A DNA stretch of 38,774 nt from Klebsormidium nitens. Lineage: Eukaryota; Plantae; Klebsormidiophyceae. The stretch spans positions 1 through 38,774 of the forward strand of contig DF237696.1 in the NCBI GenBank assembly GCA_000708835.1. Direction: 5' to 3'. The notes below the pieces were generated by a model. The model had not been told where the DNA came from. It saw only the letters and a list, made by a program, of their open reading frames with translations, and ran no database searches. A program made the position numbers and the translations under genes. Shown here in pieces: positions 33,540 through 38,774 of this stretch; the first letter of the stretch is position 1; every line of letters begins with the position of its first letter.

Positions 33540-33805
33540 TGCATGATCCGGTGATGTGCATCCTGCATCAGAGAGCAGAAAGAGATCTACAGCACTTGCA
33601 GCGCCTCCACGCCGCCAATGTGTTTTGCGTGCAAGAAAATTGGCACGTCATCTATGGATAGGCCCGGTCGAATAGGGTCGTTTTGTTCATTTTCATCATG
33701 TGGCGAGGAGTCAAGGGTCGAGTAGGCCATGTATAGTGAGTGCCGGTATGGATAGACAGGTAGGATAGGCCACGTGGCCGTTCCCGATGCCAGCCGGCAG
33801 AAGAG

Positions 33806-34815
33806 ACGATACCGCACGGCAAGAACCTTCTCAACCTTCCACTCCAGGTTCCCATCAACAAGCAGAGGCGCCGGCAGTGGTTGCACCCGTCCATCTGGCT
33901 TGTAGGGATTCAAAAGACTAACGTGAAAGACGGGGTGAATCTTCACGCTTTGATGTCAAGTCAAGTTTATACGGCACAGCCCCAATGCGTTCCGTCACTG
34001 GAAACGGACCAATAAAACGAGGCCAAAACTTAGGCGTATTTGGAAATTTGATAGGAAGATGCTTTGTTGAAAGCAACACTGTGTCACCAACTTGCAACTC
34101 CAACTCCCGACGATTTTGATCAGCGAAGACTTTCATACATTGACGCGCACTACTCAGTACGGAATTAGCCCTGGATAGGCCGGTACTGAGGCGCCTAACG
34201 AAAGTCCCGGCAGCAGGCACTTGAGCATTGCCAAGCCCCAATTAAGGGGGTTCGGGCTTGCTAACCAAAATTCAACTCGAACGGAGAAGCTCTTACCGAC
34301 TCATGCCACGCCGAGTTATACACAAACTCGGCCGTGGAAAGCAAGCGATCCCAATCGTCATGCTCCGGAGAAACGTAATACGTAATATCGTAATACGTTT
34401 CAAGAGTTTAGTTAGAACGTTCCGTTTGCCCATCTGATTCTGGGTGAAATGCGGTTGAGCGACACAACTGCGTGCCGAGCAGACGCGTCGCCTCCTCCCA
34501 GAACTTCGATGTAAAACGAGAGTCCCTATCGGAAATGAATCCCTTAGACACTCCGTGCAAGCGATAAACCCAATCAAGCCAGAGCTCCGCAAAACCCTCA
34601 GCCGAAACGTTCGAAGTAGTAGGCGCAAAATGACGCACCTTTGTCAGCGTATCTACGAACACACAGATCGTATCATAGCCACGTGCCGTCAAGGGCAGCT
34701 GGACAATGAAGTCGAAACTCACCGAGTTTCACGGTCTTTCGGGAATCGGAAGAGGTTGCAACAGTCCAGCTTTCTGCAATCTGAGGGGTTTGTTTCGCCG
34801 ACACACTGGGCAATT
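33806..34815 (-). pseudogene. Gypsy (chromovirus) relic 3: integrase core, GPY/F module and truncated chromodomain
   Basis: CPVCRRNKP..LLQPLPIPERP*NSVSFDFIVQLP, FVDTLTK, ISDRDSRFTSKFW, AFHPESDGQTERSN, AEFVYNS, FIGPFPV, IHPVFHVSLL, then EWKVEKVLAVRYR (chromodomain start, 33806-33844). Confidence 0.93.
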
Positions 34816-35815
34816 ACAAAAGAGCAACGCAACCTCAATTCAAGCAGTACATCTCAAACTGTCAACGTAAGCTGAACCCCCTCAACTTCCTGAGAAGATC
34901 ACATCCATATAAGTTTGATCAATCTCCAGAAGCATGCATAGCAAGGTGAGTCTGTACAGGTACCCACCTTCAACTTAAGCAGCTCAGGTAGGTTGCATCA
35001 GCTCAGTAACCCCAGGCACTCCCTCAGATACCCCCACCTCAGGTACAGGCTCCATCAAACAGCTCGCACGTAAGCAGAAAGTTCTGAACACCTGAAAGCC
35101 GGCAGGCCGAGATACTCAAGCCCCTGCCATATGCAGCCCTTATGTACAGGATACGGCGGCTCTCAAACGCGCTGTACAGGCTAGTATGAGGACATGACCT
35201 GCTAAGAGCTCTATCCCGGGGACGGAACCAATAAATCACTCCCCTCAAAAACTAGCTACTCACTGTCTACGGCATGACTGTACACACTGCGCACTCGAGG
35301 TCGGCGGAGAAAACATTACAATCTCAGCACACAAGGTGCTCAGGACATGCACTATACACAATTAACACACTAATCTACCCCATGATGCTATAAAGACAAT
35401 CTGTGCCGCGGCGCTATCCGATGCAACTCACTTTCGTACACGGCGGAAGCTAACGTAAGCAACTATCATAGAACACTGTGGGCATGGATGGCTGTGAGCA
35501 TGAAGACAAGATCGATGGTTGTAAGCGCTTATTTGCTTGAAAACTTCTCTCTTAAAGTAGGCCCGGGTCCTTCTTCTTTGCTTCTCCTTAAAGTCTGATT
35601 TTTACCTAGCAAAAAGTAGAATCGGACTCTAGTCGAACACTATATACAATCTGATTGTCATCTTTTCTTTGACCTGATTCTAGTTCCGGAACTCACTTGG
35701 CACGTGTGAAAGAGTTTAGCTAACAGAGTTTCACGTGAAACTTACTGACGAGCCAATCAGGTCTCTGACACGCTGTACAACTTCACCTGGCATTGGCTTC
35801 AAAATTGTTAGTGCC

Positions 35816-35854
35816 GGGGATCCGCCGAGGTTACTGGGGATCCGCCGAGGTTAC
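35816..35854. repeat. Exact 19-bp tandem duplication (period 20)
   Basis: GGGGATCCGCCGAGGTTAC at 35816-35834 and 35836-35854, just upstream of the integrase remnant. Confidence 0.9.
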
Positions 35855-35889
35855 AATCACTAAGCACTCGGTTAAGTCTTAACTCTGGT

Positions 35890-36833
35890 AGTCGATTTCT
35901 ACGGTAGCAAATTTTTGAGCTAACACAATCCTAAAGCTAATGGTCAAATTGAACGTTTTGTGAGAATCCTTCGTGCTGCTACTTGTCACTCTCATCGATG
36001 AGAGTGACAAAGGATCCTTTGGGAATGGCAGAAGTTTGTTTCTACAGTCACCTTTCAGTATGACGTCGATCACCTATCAGGATACCCTTCAATGCAGTCC
36101 CTTTGTCTGCGTCTTCGGTCGCGAACCCGTTTTGCCCGCTAATCATATTTTCCCTTCTCAATCTTCGCTTTCTGATTGGTCAAGCTGTTGAACCGTCTGC
36201 TGATGATCATCGATCAGTCGTGTTGACCGTTTGCATAATGTCCACGATCATGCTCAGCAGAATATTGAGAGATATCAGGAAAAAGCAAAAGAAAACTTCG
36301 CCCGTTGGAATTCTTCCAAACGTTCTTCCAAGTATGTCTTGACTGGAAGCCTAGCGGTTACGTTCAAATGCTGAAGCCTGGAAAGCTTCGTGGTTTTGTT
36401 CTGCATTAGGAAGGTCCCTATACCTTTGTCGCTTGGGCTGATGATCAAAAACTTAAAGCTTGACTTTTAAACGGCAAGGGTCAAGAGTGGAATCGTAGTA
36501 TAAATGAGATCGTCGCTTTCAAATTCCGTGAGCTTTTCCATAAGAAGATAATTGAACCTTTATTGCAAGCTAGGCCTCAATCTCGAGTCTCAGTCTGAAC
36601 ATGTAGAAAATGTAGAACAACTCGAGTCGGAGCCAACTAGGGAAAATTTCGATTCTGAAATTGTTCGCGAGTTTGATTCCAGACGTCCTCAAGATTTTCC
36701 TGATTACACACCGTTCAATCCTGATTCGAATGTAACTTCCGTTCAGAACGAAGAGGAAGAGGAAGAGCTTCCTTTGCATAGAACAAAACGTAGAAAGAAA
36801 ACTTCAACTCGCCTTGAAGAAATTGAAACCTAA
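35890..36833 (+). pseudogene. Gypsy relic 4: C-terminal half of integrase with GPY motif and acidic/NLS tail
   Basis: HNPKANGQIERFVRILR (35924 onward), CSPFVCVFGREPVLP, LH*EGPYTF (TAG at 36407-36409 in place of W), and the tail ..NEEEEEELPLHRTKRRKK ending at 36833. Multiple frameshifts. Confidence 0.8.
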
Positions 36834-36929
36834 TCTCAGCTTTCCAATGGACCCCGTCTTAGTACCCTTTGTAGTCTTTCCAGATCTGATTATAGATATG
36901 ATTATAAATTATCTATATCTTTTGGCCTC

Positions 36930-38195
36930 ATGGCGACCCTCATAACTTCTGCTCGAGTCTCTGCTGTGTCTTCCAATCAGCCGCCGTTGCTCCCGCGACC
37001 TCCATCTCGCGTCACCGGCGCGACGTACCGTACACCACCTGGGTTTCCGGTAAGACCTCCTCCTCCTCCTCCAACTCCTCCGAAGCGTTCTTTTGAGGAG
37101 ATCTTGGAATTACATCGTGATTACTCTCGCCCTCAGACTTGGGTAGCCCTTCTTCTCGTCGCTCTTTATGAGCGTGATCTTCCCACGCATATGCAGAAAG
37201 TAACCGTTCCTACCACTTTACAGTATCCGAAAGCTGGATTCTTCTCTGAGTTTTTCGATGGCAAAGAATCTGATATTGAGACGATCTGTGCTGATAATCC
37301 CGTTCTGAAACACGTTCTCGAAATTCTCAAACCCATCACGCTTGATCCCAACTTCAACATGCGCCACACTTCGATCAACACGCTCATTTAGGAGAAACTA
37401 GGATCCCATATAGACTTTCAGAAGTGGTTGTACACTGTTGAGCAAGACTATTCGGCTGAGAGCATGGTTCGCCGTTTGGGTTATTGGTGGTACCGCATGG
37501 AAGGCATCTTTGAACGTCCTATCTTTTTACCTCCCCGTTTTCTGCGCTTCGGACAGCCGTTGACTCCTGAATTGCTTAAGGAGCAAGTTGTCCCTGTCTC
37601 TGCTCTTGCTCAGCAAGTTACCCAAACCATCCAACAGCCTCCCGCGGCTGCGGCCCCCCTTGTTTCCGCTCCCCCTGTGTGCAAGCCGCCAGACATTGTC
37701 CCCGTGGACGTGAACCCGTCGATCCGCTCCACGCCACCGATCATACAGCCGAAGCAGGAATCCGCAGACATCCTCATGACGGAAGCGTCTTCCGCTCAGT
37801 CGACACCTCAACAGCTAAGTCAATCTAACCCGCCTGTTCTTCCCTCTCCTTCGACTTCTGGTGCGTCTGGACTTCTGGGTTCTTCTACACTACCGCCTCT
37901 TCTCACTTTTTCTCCTTCGAGTCCTCCGCTTCCGAATCTTCCCCGTTCTGCCGGTGACTTCGTGAAGTTTATCCCTATCCATCACTTAGGTCCAAAGATT
38001 TACGACTGGATTACTGAGTTCCACATCTACGACCCTCAGCATAAGCACTTTATTATGATTCGTGCCAATAACGACGGCCCTCACGGTATTATTGGACTCA
38101 CGGTTGATTACGTTTTCGAGAATGACTATCGTTTGGCACAGTACAACACCCGTAAACACATGCCTGTGAACATCAATCCCAATAACAAGGTCTAG
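36930..38195 (+). pseudogene. Extra ~421-codon ORF downstream of the Gypsy integrase, unknown function, one in-frame TAG
   Basis: ORFs 36930-37391 and 37428-38195 are in the same frame, separated only by TAG at 37389-37391. The ATG is 96 bp after the pol stop, with TATAAA at 36903-36908. Two globular-looking segments are separated by a Pro/Ser linker. Confidence 0.65.
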
Positions 38196-38774
38196 TTTCC
38201 GTCCCCCATTCTTGCGTCTTTCTGTCAATCTATTCTTTCTCCAGCATTTCCCCCGCCTCTACCATCTTGCTCTGTAGTTAAGGTCTTCAGGCAGGTGATG
38301 AATCCCGACCTTAGTCGCAGCTTTAAAAGTTTCCCTTGATCTATCTGAAGTACGGTGTCCCTTGTAGTTTCCCGCCTCTCTGGATCAAGCGATCCCGATT
38401 AACTTGTCTCGAGTCAGTGCTTGGGCCGTTTTGAAAGCATCTGCGTGTGTTGCTGAGACTTGGAGTGTCAAGTGGGTTAGTGATTGTCTTAGAACGACTT
38501 GGACAAATGGTCAATATTTCGGGCCATCCTTTCCTCATACAACGCCACCGCCTTCCTTCTCAACCTTTTGATATAGCTACATCCTCTGCGAAAATGTCTC
38601 AAGTCTTTGAAACCTTCATCGTCATCGAGTGACCGTCACGTTCATTGGGCGTGCGCTTTGGGATTTCACCTTTTTACAGGTGATGAAATCATGACGTACA
38701 TAACCCACGTAGGGACAAGGGTTTGCGGTCCTTTGCAGCTCTTGACTTCTTCACTGAATCTGGAGTGGGTTCGG

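Overview
This is eukaryotic, intron-containing DNA, dominated by decayed transposons, with three assembly gaps (7756-8268, 27645-27806, 31639-32526). The host is probably a streptophyte (charophyte) alga such as Klebsormidium. That is an inference from a Ty3/Gypsy element carrying a DNMT3-like methyltransferase, an arrangement published for charophytes. From left to right: (1) a six-exon Crypton-type tyrosine recombinase gene with a C-terminal GCR1_C domain and one frameshift (433-4403); (2) a TA-flanked element with terminal inverted repeats (8435-9253); (3) a truncated, inactivated Gypsy with LTR, PBS, gag, PR, RT and RH on the minus strand (9270-12712); (4) the only clearly intact host gene, a two-exon membrane-anchored METTL24/Methyltransf_22-like methyltransferase (14006-15524); (5) a Tourist/PIF-Harbinger MITE (19306-19658); (6) telomere-like repeats; (7) a ~60-bp minisatellite with a palindromic CCCGGG core (24720-25410), directly upstream of (8) a GC-rich Gypsy whose pol reads PR - C5 DNA methyltransferase - RT - RH - INT (25542-31638); (9) a CACTG-type CACTA non-autonomous element (32586-33539); (10) a chromovirus integrase remnant (33806-34815); and (11) a fourth Gypsy integrase tail followed by a ~421-codon unknown extra ORF (35890-38195). 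All protein family calls are by motif recognition by eye; no database searches were run.
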